64,000 nt of DNA from Rhizophagus irregularis (lineage: Eukaryota), in contig NC_089429.1 in the NCBI RefSeq assembly GCF_026210795.1, positions 496,001 through 560,000 of the forward strand. The letters are read 5' to 3'. The notes under the pieces were generated by a model that saw only the letters and a list, made by a program, of their open reading frames with translations, was not told the DNA's origin and made no database searches. Within the stretch, counting starts at the first letter, position 1. Every line of letters begins with the position of its first letter. Below are positions 39,369-51,566 of this stretch, one piece after another. The position numbers and the translations under genes were made by a program.

Positions 39369-40856
39369 AATTTGATTGGATAATAAAGTTTGTTTATTAT
39401 TAAAGTAAAGGAAAAAAAATTTTGAGAAAGAGTTGTAAAAAAAATTTTTGAAATTTGCTCAAGTTGTATTTATAAGGGTATGAAAAATGTAAATCTAGTT
39501 TCGTGTAACAATACATAAATGGCGGTCAAGAATAATTGATTGGATAATTTGTAAAACATCATGGTCAGACAATTATCGATGATCAAAAATCATACAAGTC
39601 ACGTGAGTGTATTACGCAAACTTATATATAAAATTTCACAATTTACCCAACTTTGATTGAACAAATTAAAAATCAGGTTATTTAGGTTATTTTGACGATT
39701 TAAGCAATTTTATTATATCAAATTACAATTAAAAGGAACTAGAACAAAGAAAATCCAAGAAAAATTTATATATAAATAAATAAAAAATTTATATTTATAT
39801 ATATAAATATATTTTTTTTAAAAATCATTATAAAAAAAAAAATAATAATAATAATTTTCGAAAATTTATTAACTGCAGTATTATTAATTATTTTTAAATT
39901 ATTTTTTTATTTTTATTTTTATTTTATTTTTTATTTTTTATTTTGTCAAAATAAATTTTTTAATTTACTTTTCCTACATTTTTTTTTTTTTTAAACACAG
40001 CAATTATTATCGTTATATAGTTTTCGTTTTTTTTTTAATTTTTTTAACCGCATTTTTAAGAATTCACGTTGTACATTTGTACACGTGTACATTAACCGTT
40101 AAATTTAATTTTTTTATGCCTTATTTTGTTATTTTTTAAAGGAAAGCCATATAAAGAAAAAAATGAGGCTGTGCAAAAAATTTTTTTTTTATTTTGATAT
40201 TTTTTTTTTTATAAAAAAAACAATCCGCCTAATGATAAAAGAATCTAATTTTTTGATGAGGAAAATAAAAATGGGTGAGTAAATTTATTCTTTCTCAATT
40301 TAATTTTATCACATGATTATTCTATTCTTTTTTGTATAATTGTATTACCTATTTTCACTGAGTAATAATTTTTAACGATGCTTTATTTATTTATTATTAT
40401 TATTATTTTATTATTGTTATTATTATATTAATCAGAGATGCTAATCAAAAAAAGAAAAAAGCTAAGCGCGAAATAACAAAAAAAAAAATGTGGCGTAGCA
40501 TTTACTATTATATCATAACGGTAAATTTCACTTTAAAAAAATATCAAAGCCATTCTAATATTTACGATTACATTAAACTATGCCACAAAAGTAAATTATA
40601 GATATTTCCGTTTTGATAGATTCTCTATTATTGCCATTTTTCGTAACGTTTAAAATCGAAAGGACTTGATCATCATCGTGTTTTTTACCAAAACGAAGTT
40701 ACAATAGGATTACAATGATTAAACAAGTATTTTTTTTTTTTTTTTCTAACCGAATTAAATTTTTGAAAAAAAAAAAAAATTTCAAAAAAAAAAATTCTTT
40801 TCCCCTTTTCTTTTTGATTCTAATTAAAACCTTTTTACTTTTTTTTCTTTGAACAA

Positions 40857-42427
40857 ATGTCAGAATCAAAAGATGAAGAAGATAATAATAATAAATCTAA
40901 CAAATTAGATACAAAAGATAATGAAGATTTTAAGAATTCACCGGTATCTGCATCAACGGTAACGCCACCACCAACGGTGTTAAAAAAATCATCATCAACA
41001 CCGTCTTCTGATAATTTCACAACAAGAGGTCAAATTTCTCCTACGCCAACACCATATTACACAGGCGAGTATTATACAGGTAATAATGATTATAAAATGA
41101 CGCCTCATATGAGAATAGATGACGATCGAAGAATTCCTATTGTGGATATTAGTGATGATGAAAAAGATGACCGTGAAGTAAAAATGAAGAATGGAAAAAG
41201 ATTTGGTCCTTTAATAATATGGGAAATAAATGCTTGGTGTAATTTTGTTATGTTATTTGGATGTGGGACTTTATTATTCTTTTATTTTAAGGTAAAAGTT
41301 TTTTGATCTTGATTGATTTGGTTGGTATTTTAATTTGTATGCGCTAATCGAAATATATCTGTCATTTAAGAGTTCAATACAAAGTGATTATGTACAATTT
41401 GCAAAAATAGTCATAATAATATTTCTTATAATAGAATTAATGGTTCGTATAATAAATTTATTACAAATGAATTATTATGATTATAATTTTGGTTTGGGGG
41501 ATTGTTTAGGAATTTTATTTAGTAAGTTATTAAATGGTTTTTTAATAATAATAATAATAATAATAATATATATATTTTTTAATTTACGTATTAATTATAT
41601 TTTTACATTATTTTACGTTAGTTAAGAAGGAATCTTATTTGATATTTAGTAACAAATGGATAGAATTATCACAAATAATTAGATTAGCAGATATAGCGGA
41701 TAATACATGTTTTATAATTCCAACATTATTCTTACTTCATATAATTTTATATTATTTAATACATAGAGAAGATCCCAAAGATACAAGTTATGATATTGAT
41801 AGTATTTGTAAATATATGGAAATAATTTTATCATTCCCTGCAATAATTTTAGTTATAACAAGAATTTGGTTTATTATTAAGACAATAGATTATGCAAAAA
41901 AAGTTGATGATGACGATGATGATTATCGTGATCGTAGTGATTGTTGTAATAATAATGGTAATTTTGATTGTGGAAGATGTGATTGTTATTGGTATGGATA
42001 TTCTGATCATGGTCATGGTGGAGATTCTTGTGGAGATTGTTGTGGAGCTTTTTGTGAATGTTGTGGAAATTGTTATGAAGCTACTTGTAATGCTTGTGGA
42101 AATTGTTGTGGAGCTTTTTGTGAATGTTGTGGAAATTGTTGTGAAGCTACTTGTAATGGTTGCAGAAATTGTTCCGAAGCATTTTGTGATGCTTGTGGAA
42201 ATTGTTGTGGAGCTTCTTGTGATGCTTGTGGAAATTGTTGTGGAGCTTTTTGTGATGCTTGTGGTCCTTTTTATGAAGTTTTAGGATCTATTTGTGGTCC
42301 TTTTTGTGAAGTTTTAGGTTCTTGTTGTGGAGGTTTTTGTGAAGTTTTAGGGTCTATTTGTGAAGCTGGTGGTTCTATTTTTGAAGTTTTAATAAGCATT
42401 TGTTGTTGTTGTTGTATTTGTGAATAG
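40857..42427 (+). CDS. Uncharacterised ~4-TM membrane protein with Cys-rich repeat C-terminus, 3 exons, ~463 aa
   Basis: Exons 40857-41291, 41371-41521, 41622-42427 splice in frame. Ser/Thr/Pro-rich N-terminus, hydrophobic helices, ~46 Cys in the last ~165 aa. Confidence 0.8.
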
Positions 42428-42524
42428 GGTGTGTTGTTGTGAATAATTTAATAATATTAAGCATTAGAATTTAAATTATTTTTAAATTGTTGTATAAACA
42501 GTAGACATGTTTTATTTTATTTAT

Positions 42525-42760
42525 CAAGAAATATTATTTCGTTTTATAAATATTATTATTATACAAAATAAAACACATTTTTTTTAAAAACCCTTTCGTT
42601 TTATTTTATTTATTAAAAAAAAACAAGAAATATTATTATTATACAAAATAAATCCCTTTTTTTAAAAAACCCTTTCGTTTTATTTTATTTATTAATAAAA
42701 AAACAAGAAATATTATTATTATACAAAATAAATCACTTTTTTTTAAAAAAAAACCCTTTC
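42525..42760. repeat. ~80-bp tandem repeat x3 between convergent 3' ends
   Basis: AAATATTATTATTATACAAAATAAA...TTTTTTTAAAAAACCCTTTC repeated at ~42548, 42628 and 42708. Confidence 0.8.
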
Positions 42761-42894
42761 CCTTCCCATTTCAACGTAAGACTCGGGAAAAATAATAACA
42801 TTAATAATAAAATAATAATAAAATAATAAAATAATAATAAAATAATAAATAGAAAATAATAATAAAAATAATTTTTTTTAAAAAAAAAAAAAAT

Positions 42895-44273
42895 TTAATT
42901 AGAAGCAGCAGAATTAAAAGAAAAACAACAAAGAGCATTTAAACAGCCTGCAAGACAATAATTTAAACTATCTCTACAATTAGCACCCCATCCTCCACCA
43001 TTACAACAACTACAACAATAACATCCATCGCAACAACCTCCAAATAATGAAGATTTAGCAAAACCTCCCGAATTTTCATCTTGAGCATCTCGAGTATTAG
43101 TTGTTAATTGATTATTTTGTTCCATATTTATAACAGTTGCATCTTCTTGTTGTTGTTGAGTTTCTGTATAGGTTTGTGATGATGTATTATTATTATTTTC
43201 GTTGGTGGTATTAGAAGTTGTATTAGTAGTAGAAGTTGTAGTATAAGATTTTATATATGATTTGAATGAATCATTTTGAACTAATTATAGAAAAAAAAAA
43301 AAAAGTTAGTTAAAATTAGTTAAATTTTAAATTTAATTTTAAATTTAATTTTTAATTTAAAAAAAAAAAATTTTTTTTTTTTACCAAATATTATAATAAC
43401 CCTAAATATTAATGAAATTACGGTCAAACAAATAACAAAATATTTAATAGGCGTTATAAACCTGTATAAATATTTTGCTTCAAATGGATCCTAAAACATA
43501 TATAAAAGAAGAAGTATTAATAAAATGAATAATATTATTAACGATAAATATGATAAAATACGATAAATACGATAAATATGATAAAATAAAAAATTCATAC
43601 TAACCAAATAACAAATTAAAGATAATAAAATACTCCATATAATCAAATATCTCCATATTCTATCAATTTTACCTGATGGATAAATTGTAAATGGTCTAAA
43701 AAATATAATATTAAATTTAGGAAAGAAGAAATTTGGTTTTGGTTTAAATTTTATAAATTCTTTCTTTATTTCAGGAACTTTCATATATAATGGTTCATAA
43801 CTATATGGTTTTATATAAAGAGAAAGTTCATTTAATAAAGAATTATTTTGTGTTGATTGTGTTGATAATGATGATAAAGAAGAAGGTGAATAAATTGAAG
43901 GAGAAGGTAAAGATAATGAAATTGTTGAAGAATTTGATGATGATGAAAGTGAAGATAAAGGTGAAGATAAATTTTTATTAAAATTATTAAAATTTGATTG
44001 TTTTGATTGTTTTGAATCTTTTGAATCTTTTAAATCTTCAAATATATTAATAAAATAATCATTATTTTTCGTTGGATTAAAAGTATTAGAATTAATAATA
44101 TATGAAGGTTCAATAGAAGATGAATAATTTGTTAATTCCTTCTTCATTTTATTCGATTCCGAATTATATGAATTAATATCATCCTTATTCGTTTCCGACG
44201 AAAAATTATTTGAATAAGAAGAAATTATAGGTGGTGAATTATACATATACATAGATTGATATTGTCCTTTCAT
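42895..44273 (-). CDS. Uncharacterised 2-TM membrane protein with Cys-rich (CYSTM-like) C-terminus, 3 exons, ~386 aa
   Basis: Exons 44273-43605, 43490-43385, 43280-42895 splice in frame. Ser-rich N-terminus, two hydrophobic helices, Thr/Asn/Gln linker, tail GGCCDGCYCCSCC...YCLAGCLNALCCF. Confidence 0.78.
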
Positions 44274-46728
44274 GATAAAAAAGAATTTTTATTTCCTTAA
44301 AAAATTTTTTTTTAAAAAAAAAAATGAAAAATTTGAAAAATGAAAAAATAAACCCAAAAAAATTTGAATTTTTCGTAAAAAGAAAAACGCCTGCGTCTAA
44401 AAAATTGATAGCCAAATACGTAATTGTACTTCTTTAAATGGACCTCAATTTGGTTAGAACAGTTTTATGTTCCACAAAGTTATTATTAGTCATAAATTGG
44501 TTAAAATAGGCGTGAATAGATGTAATGTTCGTAATACTCGTTCAATGAGCTCAATGAAACGAGTTGTACTACGAAGACAAAATTACCAACTCGAATTATG
44601 GCATTATGAATTATGAGATAAGTGATATTTTTTGCCCATTCTGGCTTTAAATGTGATAAATTGAACAAAGTGAAATGGATTAAGGGAGCGCGAAAAAAAA
44701 TATCAGATCTTGAATTGACTCTTACACTAAAAGAAATATTTTAAATGTAATAACGAATCAATTTTAAAAAGAATATTTAAAGGTTAAAAGATATACTATA
44801 TTTATTTATAAAGGCATTAATAAATTGAACGACCTTATTTGTATTATTACACGAACGGAATTCACTGTAAATTTTTTATCAGCCTGATATTTATCGACAA
44901 TGTAATAATATTAACACGCCTATTGATAATAATACTGTTATGGAATGGAATATCGGTATTCGAACAATATTTTGACTCCTCGTTCAATAAATAATAGATA
45001 TTGCGTCAGTCATGCTATTATTATTGTAAGAGTATTTAAACTGTAAAACTTATTAAAGGATTATCATATTTAGCCGATAAAAAAAAAATATCAATTATTT
45101 AGCAATTACTATATTGTTCCTGCGTGCTTATTTCATACTTGCTTCAAGCGTCTTCGATGGAATGCTTTTTTTTGTTGCGTAATAGAATTTGCAGCTTTTG
45201 CAGTCCATTAATTAAACATTCTGATACTGTAAACCAAAGAAAATCAATAAAATATACAATAGATAATTCATGATGTATATTAACCTGGATCTCATTCTCG
45301 CGCACCATTATGTGGAGAATACATGTCCAATATAGGTTGACACAATTAAACGCACCTCCCTATAAAAAATTTATTCCATTTTTTATTTATTCCGTAAATG
45401 TATCATATTCACGGAATTTATAGCCTCAAAACATGGAAATTATCCGAGTTGCTTAGATTTTTAGTATATTCATATTCAGTTTTTACATAAAATTTGTTTC
45501 ACGATTTGATATTTTGTAAATTCATGTTACTTTAAGGCAAGATTTTGCACATTTCATTGTTAATCATCTTAATTATAACTAGACTTCTTGAGGAAGGAAT
45601 CAATCTAAATGAAGGACAAAACAAAAGTTTAAATGCATAACATAATAATACGATCACTGAAATAGGTAGAGTATCAGTGCAAATTATTGTATGATATAGC
45701 CACATCAGCACATTAAACATATTAAGCATAACGCCCATTACTATCGTCAATCTTAATATCAAAGCTTATATATTTTTTGTATTATACTCATTATATTATT
45801 TTAGATAAATTATTAATTTGAAACTAGCATATAAATAAGGTACGCACTTGTAGCCCATAATGTTTACGGTATGTTGCCATTCATTAAAGGATACTAATGT
45901 GAACTATATTTTAGTATTTTTTTTCGGATCAACATATGCGCAGTGTTTTATATTAAACATATATTTGTGAGGTCATAAAAGAATTCATTCGGTACTGTAT
46001 TTATGCATTAATTTACAAGAGATTAAATTCGAATTTATTTGTAGATAATAAGTAATATAAACATCTAGAAGCGTAAAAGGTTGTGGCAACGACCATCTTA
46101 CACAAAATGAGGAATAAAAATATGATATTTTAGATGATGGAGAATTTTATTAAAGTTGTAATAGTTATAAGTTGAATAATCAGTCCTAATAAATTGAATT
46201 TGTGAAAAATAGAAAAAATTATGATTGAGAATTTATCAATGTACGGAGAACGTTATATTTAAAAATCTGGTGGATTTGGCGACTCTTACCCATTAAATCT
46301 ATAATCTACTGTATACCGTATGCATAGCACATACAACGGTAGTTATATCATACTAAATATCGTTACACCGGACAGTTGTTTATTTAAAAAAAAATATCGA
46401 TTATGCAAACGATTATACTGTATCTTATACGCGAACACAAACGTTAATTGTTAATCCTCAAATATTTAATACATTATTTTATTCTACAAATCTCTTGGCT
46501 TACGCCCTGGTAGATAGGCCCAACCCGGTACAGGAAAGTCAGTATAGGTATTATTTGATCTGATTAAGTTCATTCAGTAGGAATTACGTGCGCAGCTCTA
46601 GTGGGATATAAAATAAAATTTTTTTTTTTATTTTTATGTTAGTAGCACGCATTTCTTTATTAACTTTATTATATAGGGGGCATACGACAAGTAAACAAAA
46701 AATACATAGAGATAGTCTCTATCTAATA

Positions 46729-47042
46729 CCCTATAAAAAAATTTTATCCGTTATTTCTATAAAAACTCCCTTTCACGATTCACGGAAAATGGTTTTTATT
46801 TTTGGTGGTGTGACGTTAATATATAATCTGGTTTATTAGGTTTTAGTTTAAATTATTGATTTAGCTATTTAGTTTTGATTTTTATATAGTATTTTACTAT
46901 TTTTTTTCTTGTATCAAACTAAGGGCTCGTACATAAAATCAAAACGAAAATAATTCGATAAATTCCGTTTTATAATGAGGCGGAATATAAGCCTCTACGG
47001 GAAAAAGATAGAATTTAAAAACGGATCGACTTTTTTACAGGG
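46729..47042. mobile_element. MITE with CCCT(A/G) ends and 3-bp TSD (CMC/CACTA-like)
   Basis: ata|CCCTATAAAAAA ... TTTTTTACAGGG|ata. Confidence 0.7.
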
Positions 47043-47224
47043 ATATAATACGTAAATTTTTTTTTTTAAAAAAAAAATAAGGAAAGTTTACTTCTTACGC
47101 GATTATCACAAAATTTGATGATTGACCGCCTTGATATTCAAAAAAATTTGTTTTATCTTTACATAAAGAAAATAAAAAAAAAACGTTAGTATGTTGAAAG
47201 AGAAATTTCGAGAAATTTCAATTA

Positions 47225-47805
47225 ACCACCACCATACTACATAAGAAAAAGCATCCAGACCCTCCAGTCCCTCCTTCAGGAAAACTATATTCAAACTTTT
47301 TTATCTGTAGACCTGTATCATTAAAACTATGCTAAAAAAACAGGGAGTGCATGCTTACTTTAAATAAATAGATAAATCTTTCCTTTGTAATGTCAAATCT
47401 TCCCGACTGTCAATATCTAGCCTTAGCCTGCACAATGATTCAGGTACCTGACCTACAAAATATTTTATGGAATCCCCGCTAGTAAAACCATTACCCATAT
47501 GCCCTATAAAAAAAAATTCTGGAAAATCTCCGATAAATGATCATTTTTCTCGAAGAAACTCAGATACATGATCATTTTTCTGAAAAATTTTTTATAGGGA
47601 TGTTGTTCAGTAAATCTCAGCTATATAGAATGGGGATACAACGTAAAACTAAGTGAGGTATGCTATCATAGTAAGTTGATCCGCAAGGATCTCTAGATAC
47701 AATTCCCGAGATACAACTACCATATCGTAGACCTACTAAGCACTCTAGTTCTCACCTGAATCATCAGCCTCTTTTATCGTATAGAATGGAGAGGATTGTT
47801 GACAT
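47225..47805 (-). pseudogene. Second copy of the decayed fragment at 34710-34931, interrupted by a MITE
   Basis: Shared blocks as above; the minus strand also begins ATGTCAACAATC. Confidence 0.3.
47502..47599. mobile_element. 98-bp MITE with CCCTA ends and 3-bp TSD
   Basis: atg|CCCTATAAAAAA ... TTTTTTATAGGG|atg. Confidence 0.7.
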
Positions 47806-47964
47806 TGAGTTATTATTTTTTTTTGTTTTGATTATATTAACCAAGAAAGTCAGAAGTCTCGTCTAGAAAGTAACAAACGAATATATTATTTTCACCTATT
47901 ACACATATTTCAAGATTGATAGATTTTTAATACTAAGCCAAATATTAACATTTGGTTGCCACGT

Positions 47965-48130
47965 CAGACGTTATCACGAACTATAGCTGTGAGACTACGA
48001 TTCAGAATTACTAAACTTTACTGATCGTAAATAATGCTCTCTCACCCATTGCAAAGGGCTACAGACATTATCACGAACCATGGCATGGCTGTGAGACTAC
48101 GATTCAGAATTACTAAGCTTTACTGATCGT
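47965..48130. repeat. Direct duplication (~65 bp x2) upstream of the F-box gene
   Basis: TTATCACGAAC...GCTGTGAGACTACGATTCAGAATTACTAA(A/G)CTTTACTGATCGT at ~47971 and ~48068. Confidence 0.85.
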
Positions 48131-48215
48131 GTTATCAATTGCCATCACTGAATAATATAAATGATTCTCTTTCACCTTTTTCTATTTTAATAAATTCTTT
48201 CTTGACTATTACAAA

Positions 48216-49784
48216 ATGGCTACTGATTACTTTGAAGAAATTCTTGAATATTTAGATGAGAATGATAAAAATACTTTATATTCATGTTTATTGGTTAATC
48301 GTTTTTTATGTAAAGTTTCTGTCAAGTTTTTATGGAGAAATATTTGGAATTTCAAACTTCAATCGGAAGCACAAAGACAAATTATAAGAACTCTATTAAC
48401 TTGCCTACCTAATGAATCAAAAAAACTTTTACATAAGGAAGAAACTATTATTATTCCAATTTCAGAAACTTCAAAACCTCCATTATTTGATTATGTATCA
48501 TTTTTTAAAGCTTTTTCGATTGATGATTTTATTATAATGATTGAATTTTTTATTCAAAAATCAACAAAATCAACAAAATCAACACAATCAGCAAAATCAA
48601 CAAAATCAACAAAATCAGGGAGTTCAAAAAATCCAAATCATCTAATTAGATTAAACAAAAGTAGAAATTTATTAATAGAAGAGATATTAAAAATGTTTAT
48701 TAGCAGGACCTCTTTGAAGATATTAAATTATACTATGAATAAAAGAAAAATCATGAAAATTCCGTATGATATAATGTTAACAGAATTTCCTGGAGCGAGA
48801 GATTGTTTAAAGAATTTAATTGAATTGAGATGTATAAATGAAGTTCGACCAGAAGTTTTCTATCAATTATCTCAAGTCTGTCATAATATTGAAACAATCA
48901 AAATTTTTGGTTCTCTATCACATGATAATGGAATGAAAAAATTAATTATTTTACAAGATAATTTAAAATGTTTAGAAGTAAAAAAACTTCATAGTTCAGA
49001 ATTAAATGGGATTTTGTGTTCATTAAATAATAAGCAATTAAATACGATAACAAAATTACATTTAAAAGGAATTAATAATTTATCGTCAATTTCATTTATT
49101 ATTAAATTCACAAATTTGCAAGAATTTACTTTAATAAATTATTATGATTATAATAAGGTTAAATTGGAAGAATTAAATTATGTTATTTTTTCAAAATTAC
49201 GATATTTTGCAATCAGATATAATATTAAAAGTGAAGCATTATTGAAATTTCTAGAAAATAATGGAGAGAATTTAGAAGAATTTAAGCATTATTCATTTCG
49301 TACTTCAATAAATAAATCAATAAATTTAGCCGTAGCAAAATTTTGTTTGAATTTAAAATCATTATACGCTCGATTTGAGGAAACAAATACAGTAATATCA
49401 ATTTTAAATAGCTGTCAACAATTAGAAAGGATTTGTGTTTATTGTGTTTACTGGGAAGGAATTGATAGAATTGAAGAATTAACCGAAGTTGGTGTTTATT
49501 GCGATACTTTTAGAATTGAAGCATTAGAAATTATTAAAATTATTGCTAAATATTCACCAAAAAAATTTCATGAATTGAAATTACATGGAATAAATTTACT
49601 TCCGAAAGAATTGGAAACCATTTTTATGATTTGGGAAGATCGTATACCATGTAAAACACTTACTCTTATTATTAAAAGTGATGTAGTTAAAAAAGAGGAA
49701 AATATGAAAGTAATTGAAAAATATAAAAAGTTTGTGGATGTAAAATATGAAAAATATGAAAAATATAAGGAGATGGAGATGTAA
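48216..49784 (+). CDS. F-box/LRR protein, 522 aa
   Basis: Intronless ORF; DYFEEILEYL...LYSCLLVNRFLCKVSVKFLW, PPLFDYVSF and LRRs. Confidence 0.9.
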   Translation: MATDYFEEILEYLDENDKNTLYSCLLVNRFLCKVSVKFLWRNIWNFKLQSEAQRQIIRTLLTCLPNESKKLLHKEETIIIPISETSKPPLFDYVSFFKAFSIDDFIIMIEFFIQKSTKSTKSTQSAKSTKSTKSGSSKNPNHLIRLNKSRNLLIEEILKMFISRTSLKILNYTMNKRKIMKIPYDIMLTEFPGARDCLKNLIELRCINEVRPEVFYQLSQVCHNIETIKIFGSLSHDNGMKKLIILQDNLKCLEVKKLHSSELNGILCSLNNKQLNTITKLHLKGINNLSSISFIIKFTNLQEFTLINYYDYNKVKLEELNYVIFSKLRYFAIRYNIKSEALLKFLENNGENLEEFKHYSFRTSINKSINLAVAKFCLNLKSLYARFEETNTVISILNSCQQLERICVYCVYWEGIDRIEELTEVGVYCDTFRIEALEIIKIIAKYSPKKFHELKLHGINLLPKELETIFMIWEDRIPCKTLTLIIKSDVVKKEENMKVIEKYKKFVDVKYEKYEKYKEMEM

Positions 49785-49934
49785 AAAAACATGGTAAAAC
49801 TTAGTATGACTGCATGATAGTATGTTAAAATCGTTAAATGTATGTAATGTACAGTTTTTTAAAACTTAGTACGAGTATAAAGTAATATTGTTTTATTATA
49901 TATATTTGTATATATTATATATTTATATTTTTTT

Positions 49935-51566
49935 TTAAAAGCAATACATTTCGGCTATAAAAGTAACATATATATTTGGACTATAATAACTTTCTACTTT
50001 AATACCATATAATTCAAATTTTTTCACCTTGTTTTTTGATTCAAATAAATCTCTACCAATAAAATCATCTTTAAAAGCTAAATACTTAACCCTTTTCTTT
50101 TTCATAATATATTTTTCTATATAAGGTAAAATATCTTCACTTCCTATAGTTGTATAATCTCTAATTAATAATTTCTTAATAAAAGTATTTTGAGATTTTT
50201 TTAAGAATAATTCAAAATCACTTGGATTAATTTTAAGACATAATTTTAAATATTCTAATTTATTAGGTAAAATTTGACCCAATTCTCTTAATACTATAGA
50301 ACTAAGTTTAATCATTTCATTATCAATAGAAAGATAATTAAGATTTTCACCAATAATTTCAATTATATCAAAAGATAAAAATATACATTGTTCATTAAAA
50401 CCTAATAATTCAAAAAATTTAATATTTGTACAATATTTTATAATTAATTCAAGTAATTGTTGTTTTAATTCATCATTTGTAAAAAAACCAAATCCAATAT
50501 TTTCTAAATAATAACCAAATTTTTGTAATAATAATTGAAAAGATTCAATTTGAAATGATCTACTACTTAAAAATAATGATTTTAATTTAAATGGTTTATT
50601 ATTAATACTAATAATTTGTTGAATAAATTCATTATTTAAAGAAAAACAATAAAGAATATGAATAGATTCTAAAACATTTAATTGTTCAAATACTTCTTTT
50701 AATATATTTATATTTTTAAAATCAATATTATAAAATATAATTGTTTTTAAAGTATTTGAACAATTAGAATTTTTTAATGTTAATAATGAATTATGTAAAT
50801 GAAATTTATTTTGTTTAAATAAATAATTTCTTTGTACAAATGAAATCTTTTCAAGTTTTTTTTGTGTTTTAATTATATTTAATAATGGTTTTTCAATTGT
50901 TGAAATATCATGAATTTCATTAAATTCAAGATAAAGTGTTGAAATGGATTTACAATTATTTGATAAAACTGTTAAAAATTTAAAATATTGATTTGTAATA
51001 AGTTTTAAATTTTTTATTTCATTAATAAAATTGGGATTTTCTAAAATTATTTCAACACTATCATTAAAATATTTTATATCTGATACTTTAAAAGTATTTA
51101 AATTTGCTTTATTATCAATAAATGATTTAAATAATGATTTATAAATTAATTTCACTGATTCTGTGTAATATTTTTTGTTACAATTTATTGAAATCCATTG
51201 TTCAATAGAAAGTTGAATTTCTCTTAAATTTAAAATTTTAATAAAATTTGGATAATTAAATAATGTTTTATTATTATTGTTATTATTATTATTAGGATTA
51301 TTATTATTTATAGGAATTTTTATATTAATTCCATATTCATATAATTTTTTTTTATCTTCTTCATTTAAATACATTTCAATAAATTGATAATTTTTGGTTG
51401 GAATCGAAAATGGATTTTCCCATAATATTGGTATTGTTAAACGACACCATATTCTATTAATTAAAATACATGAATATAATGTTGAAAAATCATTTCTAAA
51501 ATATTGTATAATTTCATTTATTAATTCAGGTAAATCTCCTGAAAAAATTTTTGAGCATGTCGTCAT
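49935..51566 (-). CDS. F-box/LRR protein, 543 aa
   Basis: Intronless ORF; LPELINEIIQYF...LYSCILINRIWCRLTIPILWENPF, TLFNYPNF and LRRs. Confidence 0.9.
   Translation of the reverse strand: MTTCSKIFSGDLPELINEIIQYFRNDFSTLYSCILINRIWCRLTIPILWENPFSIPTKNYQFIEMYLNEEDKKKLYEYGINIKIPINNNNPNNNNNNNNKTLFNYPNFIKILNLREIQLSIEQWISINCNKKYYTESVKLIYKSLFKSFIDNKANLNTFKVSDIKYFNDSVEIILENPNFINEIKNLKLITNQYFKFLTVLSNNCKSISTLYLEFNEIHDISTIEKPLLNIIKTQKKLEKISFVQRNYLFKQNKFHLHNSLLTLKNSNCSNTLKTIIFYNIDFKNINILKEVFEQLNVLESIHILYCFSLNNEFIQQIISINNKPFKLKSLFLSSRSFQIESFQLLLQKFGYYLENIGFGFFTNDELKQQLLELIIKYCTNIKFFELLGFNEQCIFLSFDIIEIIGENLNYLSIDNEMIKLSSIVLRELGQILPNKLEYLKLCLKINPSDFELFLKKSQNTFIKKLLIRDYTTIGSEDILPYIEKYIMKKKRVKYLAFKDDFIGRDLFESKNKVKKFELYGIKVESYYSPNIYVTFIAEMYCF

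Noticed and set aside
41892..42284. 130-aa Val/Met/Glu ORF
   Set aside because: Shifted-frame shadow of the Cys repeat; the Cys frame is the one joined by splice sites.
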